A DNA stretch of 63,236 nucleotides, the filler included, from Choristocarpus tenellus KU-1152 (Eukaryota > Protista > Phaeophyceae), in assembly GCA_964200185.2 (NCBI GenBank). It is 10 parts of 10 records of this genome, joined end to end, with 100 filler letters (N's around TTAATTAATTAA, not from the genome) between each part and the next. Parts side by side here need not be neighbours in the genome. Positions count along the whole stretch, not along the records: positions 50,918 to 53,517 come from CAXNAD020026390.1; positions 53,618 to 63,236 come from CAXNAD020003531.1; 8 more parts are not named here. One strand, 5' to 3'. Each line of letters begins with the position of its first letter. Within the stretch, counting starts at the first letter, position 1. This document shows positions 50,997 through 63,236 of the stretch, in pieces. The position numbers were made by a program, and so were the translations under genes. The notes beneath the pieces are model-generated. The model did not search any database. It was given only the letters and a program-made list of their open reading frames with translations, and was not told the origin of the DNA.

Positions 50997-53358
50997 CCTG
51001 CGGGACAGTTCCCAGAGTGCAACATTCCCCTCTGGCCTGTTGAACCAGCGCAGGACCATGTAGCTGGGGCCCTTTTGGACGGGTGTAATGACATCTTGGG
51101 CCTCTAATTCGTCACTGATTGGACTCCATTCTCCCCATCCCTTCTCATTCATTGCTCTCATACGAAATTTGGCCCTGGGGTTTTATGGGTGTGGATTGTT
51201 TTCATGAGGGCGTAAGTGTGAGCTGCACACAGTACATCATTGTCCGTGTAGCACAAACCATCACACAATCTCAATCCTAATCAAACATCTCCTTGCACAT
51301 ATGCGTGGCACTAGATGAACTACATCACATCATGCACTGCAGAACACAGTTTAAATGCCACTCGGCGCTGATTGAGTGCAACAATGACCTGAATTCGCAG
51401 CAATGTCGTAGTCCAGTTAGTTGGCTTCGTTGTGGTTCAACAAGAGAGTTTGGATGAGTAATGCAGGTATGGTGCTGAATAAACATACATGTTCATGTGT
51501 GGTGCATGGGCAAGCAAGGTTGCAAGTGCAAACAGATTAACGCATTGTTCACGGTTGGAAAAACCTTCAATTAGGGTGTGACAAGGGTTCAAGCATATGA
51601 TTGAATTGCAGCTGGGGGTTTCCAAAAGGTTGTGGAAATGCCACAAAGCTATCTTGTCTATTAGGGTCCTGCCATATACCTACTCCCCAAGAGCACAAAC
51701 CCAATCAAGATATACCTGCAGTAGTGAGGTAAGCTTTCCACAGTGCTGTAAAGTGACAATGCTTTGGCACGTATGCTGTACCACATCCCGACCTGCTTGC
51801 TCCTATCTTGGACCTTACTGTGTTTGTCATCCACGGTATTTTGAGTAGGAGGTCCTAATCCACAATCACTCCCATCATGGAGGTTCGGACTGGAGGTAAG
51901 GTTATTGCTTGACTCCAGAATGTTACTGAGTATCTTCAAGGAGTTTTCCTCTTCCGTTGTCTCAGTGGAGACCGTGTCTATACTAATGCCCACGGACATT
52001 ATCCCTTCAGTGTCGATCTCTTTATCTGGGTCTTCTTTGCTGACAATGAGGTGCTGTATTTCATATCCTGTGATTGGTGAGCCTATGTAGTGATGGAGAT
52101 GGTAGGTACGAGTTCCAGATTAGAAAAAATAGTACTCAGAGACACCCAGCTAGGCCAATATGGGAGAAACAGGTTGGCACAGAAAAGGATGATTTCTCAA
52201 CCTTCAAACAAACAAAAAATATTGTTTTTTTTTACACATCTCTGGAAGTGTAGTGGTTGGTACATACTTTCGGACATTGCATTAGACCACCACACAGCAC
52301 GTACCAATAAGTTCACTGCAAAATACTTAGAACCATGGCGTTCTTATTGCATCAGCGGTAGAGTCCAATTTAAAAGGGGAAGCAGATGATGAGTTGAGTA
52401 ACCGCCAGAAGATGATGTTCCACTCACCGTTCTCAAACATAGGTGGAACCCACCCCACAGTGATGCTACTGGGGGTGGCTGATACCATAGCTGGGGCCCG
52501 CGGGGGCTCTGAGGGTGGGGCACCCTTGGTTGTTAGTAGAACTTCCCTGGACGGGGGCCCATAGCCGGCCAGGGTGCGGGCTGTCACTCTCACCTATGTG
52601 CAAGTTGGGGATGGGTTATCCATGATACTGAGAGCTGAGGTATGACGAACGTCACTTCACACATTGACAGTATCTGAGAGAGAGAGCAGATATACAGACA
52701 TTTTACACTACACCCCAAAATGTTTGTAAAGATAACCGGACCAAGGCACCTTGTAATGCATCGCTGGCACCAGCCCAGTAATGGTAAACGGACATTCTTT
52801 GACGTACTGATTAATCCACGCCCTCCCTTGAGTGCCTTGGTCGTCGGCGCCCACTTCGGTCTCCCCCCCAACTGTATTTGGCCGTTTCTTTTCCCATCCC
52901 GCCCTGCTCAAGGTACAGGCTTGTGTTGATCCATGTATGAAACGATTCATTCTGCGACACATATGTGTATGTTCTGTGGTGTAGATAAGTGCTTGTGGAT
53001 GTATGTGGATGTGTGTTAGTGGTTGTACTTTATATTGCCCCCTCTCTGTCATCCTCTCTTCCTTTTCAATAATCTCCCTCCACCCCTCTCCCCCAGCCCT
53101 GTAATCCCTCCTTCACCTCCCTCAACACTCAAGCTCCACCTGATCTAACCTATTCACATGCACCCTGGACATGACTTCATCTCCTGCTGACTCAGGTCGC
53201 CCAGAAATGGACCTGACCCTCGAAAAACTGTCTCTCTGGAGTTTCTTTTCGTCCATCCTAGGTCCCTTGATTGAGCCCTTATCTGGAGTCACGTGCTCTG
53301 CCAAGTATTTACTGTAGGTTGAGCAGACAGGCCTTGAGAGCATGTTGCACCACTCTAC
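50997..53358 (-). CDS. Fibronectin type III repeat protein, internal exons
   Basis: Phase-consistent exons 53358-53150, 52903-52750, 52593-52428, 52082-51716 and 51174-50997 give FTITGLVPAMHYKVRVTARTLAGYGPPS, PPRAPAMVSATPSSITVGWVPPMFENGSPITGYEIQ and TVESLPHYCRAKFRMRAMNEKGWGEWSPIS, all canonical FN3 motifs. Both ends are cut by linkers. Confidence 0.88.
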
Positions 53359-53694
53359 CTGTGGGCACCCACCATGTGTTCAGGGTTATGGGTGGCAGTT
53401 GTGGAGGGATAGTATTTTTTGTCAGGTCATGGTGATGAAACACTCTGCACTTTCATGAGTATGCCAGACACACCAATGGGGGAAGTTCTCTGGGTCAAAG
53501 TATCTAGGGGGGGGGGGNNNNNNNNNNNNNNNNNNNNNNNNNNNNNNNNNNNNNNNNNNNNTTAATTAATTAANNNNNNNNNNNNNNNNNNNNNNNNNNN
53601 NNNNNNNNNNNNNNNNNGTGTGCCTTTGAAACAAACGCCTCTATTCCCAGAGCACCTCCCCACCCCCCTCCCCCAGTCAGCTCCAGCATCACAC

Positions 53695-56438
53695 CTGATC
53701 CCAAAGAGAGCATGAGCTGCTGGGCAAAGTAGGTCTCCTGCATATCAGGAAAAGTAGGATTAGCACAAAAACAACCCGTGAAGACTAAAAGATGGATGGG
53801 GCAGGGGGGTACCTGCTGCAGAATGAACATCAGTAGGGCCACAGGGGGAGGAGGACCTCCACACCAATAGGGGGCAGATTTCAAGTTTCAAAGCACGGGA
53901 AAAAAATACTCAAAAGTACTTTTATATTTTTCAAATAGACAACATTCGAAAAACAAAACAATATTTTGGCACACATCGAACTAGAAAAATAATAATAAAA
54001 AAACGTTTCGGAACTCTGAAAAAAAAAATTGTGATCCGGTGAACGAAAAAAAAAAATGTAAGAAAGAAACGAGATCATTCACCTAAACAACGTAAGAAAG
54101 ATAAAAAAAAGATAAGACAGTAATTCTTCATCTAAACTATAAGAAAAACAAGTAACAAACAGATAATCACGGAGCACATTACACGAAAAAAAAAGAAGCA
54201 ATAAAAAAAATCTTGGTATCGATCGGACCCCCCCTCCCTTTAAAAAAAAAAATCTTAGGTTTTGATGCCATTCACAACTTCGAGAAACAAGACCCTTAAG
54301 GATAGCATTAGCTCCCCAAAATAAAAGATTCAACCGTACCCGATCTACGACGCCCGTTATCCACAACAACAAATAACAACAGGATTTCATTTCCACCCCC
54401 ATATGTAACGTCTGTCACCAGGAAAACAATGTTTGGGTGCCAGTCGCTGTGTGACGCCTGGTTCCACTTTATTGATATTTTTATTACTATTAGTTTGCAA
54501 AAGCAGAGCCCCCATGCACACACACACGCAGTTACTATTTTTATTCTTTCGCACATTAGATAATATATTTAAAAAATAAACAAGATAAAGTGATATAAAG
54601 AACAGAAACTTCACACAAGAAAGAAAATAAATAAATATATATATATAGAGATAAATCTATTTTTTGTTGGTTGTGATCTCGGACACAAAACATCCATTGT
54701 CCTGGATAACCCCTTGGGTTCCTTTGCTCTGTAACGCTCCGTAACACCCGTTGCCCCCAACAGCCCTCAGGGTCACTTACTCAGCGACCCTTCTCGCCTG
54801 GACAGTACTCTGTTATGTACAACCCTCAACAATCCGGGCTGTGCTACACAAGCATTACATTTTCCCAACGCACAGCATTTTTTTATTTTTTTTATTACAC
54901 ACACATACCCAACTCAACCCGATCGGGTTACCTTTTTTTTTTTGGAACAAATATATATATATATATATATTTATTTTTTGTTTCATTCGGTCAATTAAAA
55001 AAAAAAACTCTTAAAATGTTTTTTCCTTAACCTGGAAGCGTATGAGGCGGGCCAGTATACCGTTCATGGTCTGCAACCTGTTTGACCAAGCCTCATTCAG
55101 CTTCGTGCAGCTGTTCGATAGAGCCTTGTTGTATTCCTGCGACACTTCCCCAAGCTTGGTATTATTCCTGAAAGGAAAGAAAGTTGAAGAAGGGCGATTC
55201 ATTGCATGACAGGACCAACTAAACTTTGCGGATTGAATAATAGTAGAGACACAGCACATGCATCCACACAAAAAAAAAAAAACGATACCCGAACCCTAGT
55301 CTGCATAATAAAATAATTTAATGTCTCAACACTCACAAATTTTGTGCCCTGGGGCACTCCCTCTCCCCGCCCTAGGGTACCCCAAACAAAGCTCCACACC
55401 CAGTCTTCATTTCATACTCCTGACTCCAAACACCTACTAAATTCAGCTACTATCCACTCCCCAACCTCTACCCCAACCACTGTTCAAAAAAGAGGCACCG
55501 CCTCCCAAGGCAATCAATGCAACTAACTAGGCAATCAATCACCCCTCCTCATCCCCAATATTCGATCAATAGAGATACTTTTCGGACTGCCAACATACTT
55601 CGCAAAATAAATAAATAGAAGGAACCAGAAGCAAAGGCGTTTTGAGGACACACGCTCGTCTCATGAACCAAACCAAACCAAACCAAACCAAACCAACACA
55701 CAAAAAAAACAACAGCCACGCATTGCAAGAGTATTATTATAATCTTACCCATCAAGATGGAGGGGGGAAAAAAAGTAGAAAAATTAACAAAAAAAAATAC
55801 CGCTATGTACTAATTATAAGTAGCACATAATAAAAAACTTCATTCAGGGGGGAACGCAAGAAAAAGCACCGGCTGATTTATCAAAAATAAACGCCTCACC
55901 ATCTATTAATAAAACCGAATATCAACAACCCGGCCCTCCCCACCGAAGCTTCTATCGTACAGCCGATGTAATCAATCCTCCCACAGATGATCAAAATGCA
56001 CAGAAGGGTTAAGGGGACTCCAATAATAAAAAAAAAGACGCGTAACTCTCTACCGTTCGCTCGTACAGCAACTCTTAAGAAAGAGTGAAGATGTCAATTA
56101 CTTCGAAGAGGCAGCTGGGAAGCAGTTTTGTGCCGAAAACGAAACGCCTACCATCTACATATAAATGCCTACCATCTACATAGAGACCCTCCCCTCACCG
56201 CTGAAGCTTCTCCTGCAAGGACTTGAGATCTTTTCCATTGTTGGCGCCGGAACCGCCACTGTCTCCGCCAGACTTAGCCTGCAGCGCGGTTGCCTTGGCC
56301 TCGAGGTCCTCCATCTTGAGGCGGTAGTGATCGTAGCGGAGCCTCTTCTCCTTGAAGACGCTCACCAGATCTTCGAGGTCTTCAACCTGTTCACAACAAT
56401 CAAGTGGAGACACTTCGTGATTAATTAACAGCATTCTT

Positions 56439-56481
<43 letters not shown>

Positions 56482-59400
56482 CAACCGATTCGAGCAATGA
56501 CCCTCCCTTTGTAACTCTTAATTGAACCGTCTCCTTCTCCATAACAACTATCAAGTACACTCCCGAAACACACAGTACACGTGCAAGTACATACATGCCT
56601 AGCGGGAGCTAGATGCCTCTGAGTTCTAAGGGCCACTCTCACTCCCTGGTTGCACAAATTCTTGGACAAGACGGTTCACAGTTCCGGACTGCGTCCCGAC
56701 TTTTTTTTTTTTTCGAGGGCTCGTTTAAGTCACAGAAGCCGCAAATATGGTTCAAGTTATACTTACAACCCTCTCAAATCCTCTGACTCTAAGCAAGAGC
56801 TCCGGCATCCTGTTTGCGGCACAATATGGTACACATGTACTCTCAAGTGTCATTTTTTTTTTTGTATTCAATCGAGAACCATATAAATAGCCGGGCCGCA
56901 TCGGCAGCTTGCAGGCACCAAAGACATATAATTATTACCCACAGCGCTTACTAGCACAAAAATGGTGGCAACTGTTCACGTGGGCAGTGAGTGCACCACC
57001 ATATGAGATCACCAGCAAATGCTGAAGCCAGTTTACCCAAAAGCGTGTTGACCAAGAAAACGGACACCCAATACGGATTCAAACAAAAAGAAACAAAAAG
57101 GTCTCTCCCTAACCCTAACCCGTAATACGCAACCAGCTTCTCGGTGCTACTCTACATGATAGAGATGGACACAGAAGTTCCAAAATCTGTATCAACAAAC
57201 ACCGAAATTAGTGCTCGGAGTAGTAGTATTTTTATTATTTTATTTGAACTTGATGACTTCAGGTGTGCATGTCCCGAGGGTTTGGTTTGACGCGGCCACG
57301 GGACAGGACGATTGGAACCCTTTTCGATACACTTTTTTATAGCAAAAATATCACAATCACAATCAAAATCACAAAAAAACAATAATAGTTGCATTCTCGA
57401 TGTAATCATCCACTTCGTGTCTTTTTTCTTTTTTTGTTCTTAAAAAGGAACCCAAGCGCCGTGCTATTCTATCGCGACCATTATCACGACAACAAAAAAA
57501 AAGAGTAAATTTATTTATTAAAAAAAAAAAAAAAAAAAATGACTCCACTTTTGAAAGCGCAAAAGAAGAACTCCATCGGCGCCTCCATCGATAGCACGTT
57601 GGCACCAGCGCAATGCACTCAGTTACCTCATCGACATAGGTCCATCTCATCTTGGTTTCAGCTTTGAAAACCAATCACAATAACAAAACCCCTCCCCCCT
57701 TGAATGTACCCTCTCCCAAATACACCCCCACAGTGGATAATAGCATAACGAACAGCTGCATCACCACATCCGTAGGGGAACAGAGACGTCAAGTCAAGAG
57801 ACTGACCAAAAAACAAACACCGTACACCAATCGGAATGGAAGACAGTACTCTAGTCGGAATGGATTTGATGCATTTCAATACACCATGACTTCAAGGCAA
57901 AACGTGATTTAACGACAACCGAATGGAGACCCGACAAACTCAACTATCTCAGAAAAAAAATAAATTGAGGGGGTGCGTGCGTGCGTGCGTGTGTGTATGG
58001 AAGTAAACCGATAGCCTCAACGAAAAGTATATTCTTTCCCTGCCTATCCGGATGATCTAAGGGTTAGGGTTAGAGGGTTAGAATTAGGGTTAGGGTTCAT
58101 ACAGCGTAAGCAAAAAAGAGCGAGGTCAGTGTAATGCACTGAGTGGGGGTAGGAGAAAATAACACCTCTTTCAGCCAGGCAGCAATGGGCTGCAGCACCC
58201 CCTTGATGTAGGCATCCTGTATCTGCCCAAGGTAGCCAGTACTAGCCTGCAAGCGAAATCATCAAGAGCAAGGTGTGGGTGGGTGTGGAGGGGGGAATGG
58301 AGCGGGAGATAAGAAATGCCTTCCAGGGACATACAATACTTCAGTGTCAAATAGTATCCTCTAAAGTGCCAACAGCTTGTGAATATGAGGAACATCGTGA
58401 CTTTGATAAACTTTCATAAAGGGATTTCAAACTACTTTGGTGTGAAAGGGCCCCTACACAAACTGGCCCTTGAGGGCCGAGTGAGGAACTGCAGACAACC
58501 ACCCCCTCACCCCCTTTCACCATCTGTCATTTATATGGCAACATTAGTATCTTCCCGGGTGGTAGTGCAGGGTACAGAAAGAGTAGAATGTACTTCAAGG
58601 TGGGCCAGGACACTGAGTTGAGTGAACTAGTGCAACACATGGGCAAACAAAGAGATAGATACTTATTGCATCCTTACCAACTTCTTGGGAGGGTTGGTTC
58701 ACAGTAGTGAAAAGCAAAGTAGCACTGCACTATTCTATTCAGAAGGCGACAGGTTCCCACCCCACCACTGAGAAAAAAAAAGTGAAAAATTACACAGCAG
58801 CTTCACAGTCACACTTGATGGGGTGCCAGGCAGTATGATCACACAGCCATGGGCCATGTTAAGAACAAAATTTTCTTCTTCCCCAATCAACGGTTTCAAA
58901 GATAAAAGAAACATCATGAGTCCACAGGGGGGGCCTATGAACTGTCATCCTGACTCACCTTCAGGTTGCAACAAACAACTCCTCACCCACCTTCCAATCC
59001 TCCTATCAATTACACCCTCCCCAACAATGGTCTCTGATTTCAACTGATACTTGCAAGATCAGGCACTAATCAATACCCACATTCCAATAGCAACACCAAC
59101 AGGAACAATCCCATCAGAATTCCTTCTCAATGTAAGTTACCAAATATTCCCTTACCTAAACTTGCCCCACCTCCAGAATAAATTGGTAGTGTACACTCCC
59201 TGAAGTTTGTCATTCCTATGCTGAGAAAAACTTCTCGTCCCCCCACCCCCCACAATTATTCACATACTATTTATTATACCTGTTCCTGCACATCCTTAAA
59301 GGCCATTGCGGGTTTGAAGCCATTGTCCTTTGGGGCATAAAGGTGGGCAACTCCATCTGCCATTGACCTCGCCACGTCTGAGAGCTGAACTATCTGCACA

Positions 59401-60995
59401 TACCGCAGCAGTTAGACCATTTAAAGAAACATGGGAATTTGCGTTAGTGGGGACAAGAGAGGAAGTTGGGCATTGACAGGGTGTTAGTTCAAAAAAAGGA
59501 ATACTATGGTAAATGACAGCATGAGCAGGTAGAGGGGTGGGAGGGATAGGGTGTTCATCCTGGAGAATGATTAACATAAATAGGGATATGGGGTATATTT
59601 AGCCCCATGTAAGGCCACAATAATATTTTTGAACTCATTGTGGAAATGGGGGAAAAATTTGTATGCATAGACATGGCCCACGTGCAGAAGAGTTGGAATC
59701 AACTTTGGGATGAAGGCAAAAATATACTATGCTTTTGTGATAGGCAATATAAGCAGAGCATGATCACTGTTATCATGCATTTTCAACAATGAGAGATCAC
59801 TTTTCTTGTATGGCAGTGTGTACAAATGGGAGGGCATACATGGTCCATGCATTTTCTGCAGCGTCACCACTGAAGCACAACAATTTGCCTTTATATTTAT
59901 GGATCACTCAGGGCCATCGTATCTTAGAGGGGGATCCATCTAGGCTCTTCTTACTATCTACACAAAGAATATGAATATAAAATCACAGCATGACATTAAA
60001 CTTCCTGCAACATACACTTTATTCGAACGGAAACCTGTGGGCGTAGAGGAAGAGACGAGCGAGAGCCCACATAGGTACGAAATCGACCTCCAGAGTACTA
60101 GAAGTGCATGTACTAGAAGGCAAACATCCATTTTAGTACACAACCACAATCCCCTCTAAAAGGGATGACTCTCGCACACACATATAATCACTCCATGTTC
60201 CTGGAGGTGTTATTTATTTTCTATCTCCAGTCCTTCAAAAGTTGGAAAGGCAGAGTAACCAGAGAAATTACGAAATCGATTGGCTATGAAAAAGTCGCTT
60301 AAACAATTCAGCCTTAATGTGGCAGTTGAGAAATTGACGTTGGGTCAGTCTAAACTGCCCTTTTCAACTGCACCAAGATTTCGTCGGTTGGTTAGGTCCA
60401 CTTCACTCACCAGGAGGCCAGCAAGAAACCTTGGTCGCGCACCGAGCCATTTCGACTCTCGGACAGAACGATAAATTGTGGAGAGAAGATACGAAGAAAT
60501 GCAAGTATTACATAGAGTAGTTATACCGAAGATACTGAAACAGGATGATAGAGTAAAATTTGGTGCTTCTACTATAATTTAAAGTATAGACGACACGGCT
60601 GAGAAAGCATGATTGCGGCTCGATAATTAGGCGAGAAACCTCCATGGCTCAGGGGCAGTACCTGAGTGTACTTCTTCGAAGTATTTTCGTACATATCAAC
60701 AAAAAATATTGACAGCATGTTCACCCCTTCACACTCTGGTAACAGAAACTTAGTTCCTCAGATTGGCAAACACACAAAAATTTGTGGTGATCAATTGCTA
60801 ACCTACCGGAAGGATGGGGCTACATAAAATCACCTGGACGATGTAGCTAGTGAGATTTTCGTGAAGAAGGGACACGAACGACCTGAGGTAAGTCCAGCGC
60901 TCATGTGCTGCGTCGAATACGTGGTTATCACTGGTGTGCCGTACACCTATGCCCAGGAGGACTCGGTGCGCCATGCGTGATCGCTTAGACGACAT
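53695..60995 (-). CDS. BAR-domain protein, 5' portion, multi-exon
   Basis: Exons 60995-60834 (MSSKRSRMAHRVLLGIGVRHTSDNHVFDAAHERWTYLRSFVSLLHENLTSYIVQ), ~60748-60662, ~57660-57626, 56386-56199 (VEDLEDLVSVFKEKRLRYDHYRLKMEDLEAK...EKLQR), 55167-55032 (NNTKLGEVSQEYNKAL...LARLIRFQ), 53737-53695 (ETYFAQQ). The T-x-D-x-x-F start, YDxxRxK and NxxKLxxxxxxY...RxxxxxxxLxxLxxxQ pattern match the three BAR helices. Some internal exons are uncertain. Confidence 0.75.
58150..59700 (-). mobile_element. Decayed LINE remnant in a BAR-gene intron
   Basis: SRGCCSPLL (RT QGxPLSP-like) at ~58190, CpG-poor composition and an abrupt change from the A-tract-rich flank. Confidence 0.35.
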
Positions 60996-61354
60996 TTTAG
61001 TTTTGGAGTTGCGCTTTTCTCTTTCTGGTACACTCAAGCACTAGGGTATGAGTAATAGGGATGAGAAGTCTCAACCTCCTCCTCCCTCCAGTTAAAAGAT
61101 GACACAGGAACAACGCCAGCCTAAGAACTTCCTGGTCCACCCGTTGCTTCTATTGCACGCTGAGAGATGGAACTGTTAATCAATCTCAAATCTCAATAGG
61201 GGAGGCCAATTTCTCTTGGAACATGCATGGTGACATACTGTGATGTATGCCGAAAGAACAGGAACCACTTTTCAACCTTTCTATCGAAACCGCGCGCAAC
61301 GCACGGATTTAAACGCAACATCAATAGAGACATACCTCTCTCACTCCTAGCAAA
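60996..61354. promoter_or_regulatory. Probable bidirectional promoter between the BAR gene and the RBM18-like gene
   Basis: Divergent ATGs at 60995 (-) and 61355 (+) are 359 nt apart, with no repeat insertions between them and a CpG-rich patch (CGCGCGCAACGCACGG) near 61291. Confidence 0.6.
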
Positions 61355-63069
61355 ATGGTGAAGCGTGAACGGGCGGAGCAGGCACCAAGCACTGCAAGTG
61401 TTGGCGGAGAAGAGGTCACTGAGGTGGTGAGTGAGCAGAAGCGACCCAAAGGTAGTGCTGCTGGCTCGACGGAGGTGAAAAATCCATCTGAGAAGGTGAC
61501 TGGGAGGTGAGTAGTAGCGCTGTGCTTGATGTCGACGCTGATTGAGTTTCTCCGAGAGAAGAGTCAGAACCTGTTCTACACAGTGGTCAGAATGTTCCTG
61601 GTTTGCATTGTTTTGTTGACAGTATTCACGTTTCCAAGTGGATTTGTTCATACTCGTTTATTTTCTCCTCAAACCCTTTATCCAAATTGGCAGGGATGGA
61701 GGGAGAAGTACAAGGGTGAGCGAGGGGGCTGGGTCCGGCAAGACAGATGGGACTGGTCCGGACGATATGTCTGATCTGGAAGGGACACCCAACACAACCA
61801 TTTTCGTGGGAAATCTCAGCTATAAGTGAGATGTAAATAGTCAACCTGGGCATTTGTGCGACCTTGCCTCCTCTCCCTGTCCACCCTTCATGGTCTCTTT
61901 GTTGACGAAGGCGTCAAATTCGTATTTTTCATATTTGTCTCCCTTTGCTCCAAAATATCTCAAAGTTAGAGTTGGTGAGATTCAATTGCCCTATCTCGTT
62001 TCTGAGGTTTGGGAAGGGATCTCCAGACATTTCCGCGGCAGTGACACTTATTCTGTAGTATGGGTTTGATCTTCGATGCCCTTGACGAACTGAACCTATA
62101 AGCAACGAAGTTGTAGGTATTGTAAGACATTAAGTCCGTCAATTATGCTTGGTGTTGAACTGCCTGGCAGTACCGTATTGTCATGTTTGTATTCTAACCC
62201 TTCTCTGTGTTTTTCTGTAAAGCTCTACTACAACAGTTGTCCTAATTGATCTCCCCCCAAAGTACCAGTATCAACCCAAATTTGTACCTGAATATGTATA
62301 GAACTTATGCTACCTGCCAGAGTAACACCCTTCGCCATGCGAGGACAAACCCTGTCCTCTCTAACTTGTATTTAGAAGATGCCGAGTCTTAAGTAGGTGG
62401 ATGAGAATATTGTTGCTATGAAGGGTGGATAAAATTATGACAGGAGTATCTCCCGAGGGGGTATAAATCCTTGGCGCCCAGCCCGTGAGCCTTGGTGGTA
62501 AATTCATACATGTAGTGTTACTGGTGTATCTTTTGTTGTGATAAAGTGTTTCAACACTACACAACTCAAATACTCAATTCATTTTAAGGTTACAATTTTA
62601 TAGCACGTATTATTATGATGGAAAGTGGCAAGATATCAAACATGCCACAGCAAAGGACATGCCTTCACCTTCAACTGAAGAGTCTGATATGCCTTCTGCA
62701 AATACTCGACGGGTGAGGGCTCTGCTTTTAGTCATGCATGCTAGTGTATATATGCTAATGACTTCCCTGTTGCAACAGCATGCCAACGTCATTTTTTAAT
62801 TTCTTCAATAGTGCCAGGTTTAGACACAACCAACAAGGTACTCCTTCCTGCAAAGGTTGATTGTCTGTTAATGCAGTGGCAGATATAGCCCACTGCCCAA
62901 AGTACACCATCTCACAGTCCTTCCTATCCATAAAACCTCTGTATGACAATTTCCCCCTCCACAGAGTATCTGAAGCAGTCATCCTCAAGATCTTCACACC
63001 CTTCGGGAAAGTTGTGCGCGAGCAGTTCTGCTACCACACTGGGGGACCTCGCAGAGGGGAACCAAGGGG
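61355..63069 (+). CDS. RBM18: RRM RNA-binding protein, RBM18-like, 5' portion
   Basis: Exons 61355-61506, 61694-61825 and 62965-63069 splice in frame (phase 2 junctions) to ...TIFVGNLSYKVSEAVILKIFTPFGKVVREQFCYHTGGPRRGEPRG. RNP2 (IFVGNL) plus the HxxGxxxGxPRG loop before RNP1 is characteristic of RBM18. Continues beyond the window end. Confidence 0.8.
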
Positions 63070-63236
63070 GTGAGGATTGCCCCCTTATTTTGTGAGGCTT
63101 GTAGACCCAGATTGGTGGATTTGGATAGAATTTTTTTTTTTGGGTGTTGGCATCATTTCGTGTATTGTGTTTCTTCACCCCCTCGGATGCATCCCCTTAG
63201 GAATCACTTTTGTAAACGCCAAAGTATCTGGGGGGG

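Larger units (their letters stand above)
7935..63236. mobile_element. MITE family A, further partial copies (dispersed; span given is first to last copy)
   Basis: GG(C/G/A)TCAAAGTATCT-polyG ends or their complements at 7935-7990, 13362-13433, 17175-17195, ~21308-21400, 30809-~30976, 34404-34425, 38591-38684, 38785-38829, 44199-44238, 44339-44507, 50729-50817, 53492-53517 and ~63216-63236. Confidence 0.85.

Noticed and set aside
7935-63236. Repeated CAAAGTATCT motif as CRISPR repeats or a regulatory operator
   Set aside because: Dispersed, occurs as inverted pairs with TSDs, no regular spacers and no cas genes; these are MITE termini.

Overview
Intron-rich, repeat-rich eukaryotic nuclear DNA, not prokaryotic. 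It is most likely a photosynthetic stramenopile, probably a brown alga; this is inferred from a signal peptide plus ASAFAP-type plastid presequence, TTAGGG repeats and CRE-like LINEs. The window is ten short contigs joined by nine identical 100-nt linkers (44 N + TTAATTAATTAA + 44 N), so adjacency across linkers is unproven. Host genes that can be spliced with consistent GT-AG phases, all partial: a plastid-targeted pheophytinase-like alpha/beta hydrolase (-), a BAR-domain protein (-) head-to-head with an RBM18-like RRM gene (+), an FN3-repeat protein (-), a coiled-coil protein (-) and the 3' end of a multipass membrane protein (-). The rest is largely transposon debris: two related MITE families sharing a CAAAGTATCT terminal core with evidence for 4-bp target-site duplications (TSDs; Sola-like), two copies of a decayed IS630/Tc1-like element, a deleted Stowaway-type mariner, CRE-like and L1-like LINE remnants, and a Ty3/gypsy remnant. 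The most unusual signal is many short interstitial (TTAGGG)2-5 tracts in both orientations. One MITE copy carries a 4-nt GGTT insertion that converts its terminal repeat into two telomere units, consistent with telomerase-templated repair at internal sites. No rRNA, tRNA or CRISPR array was seen.
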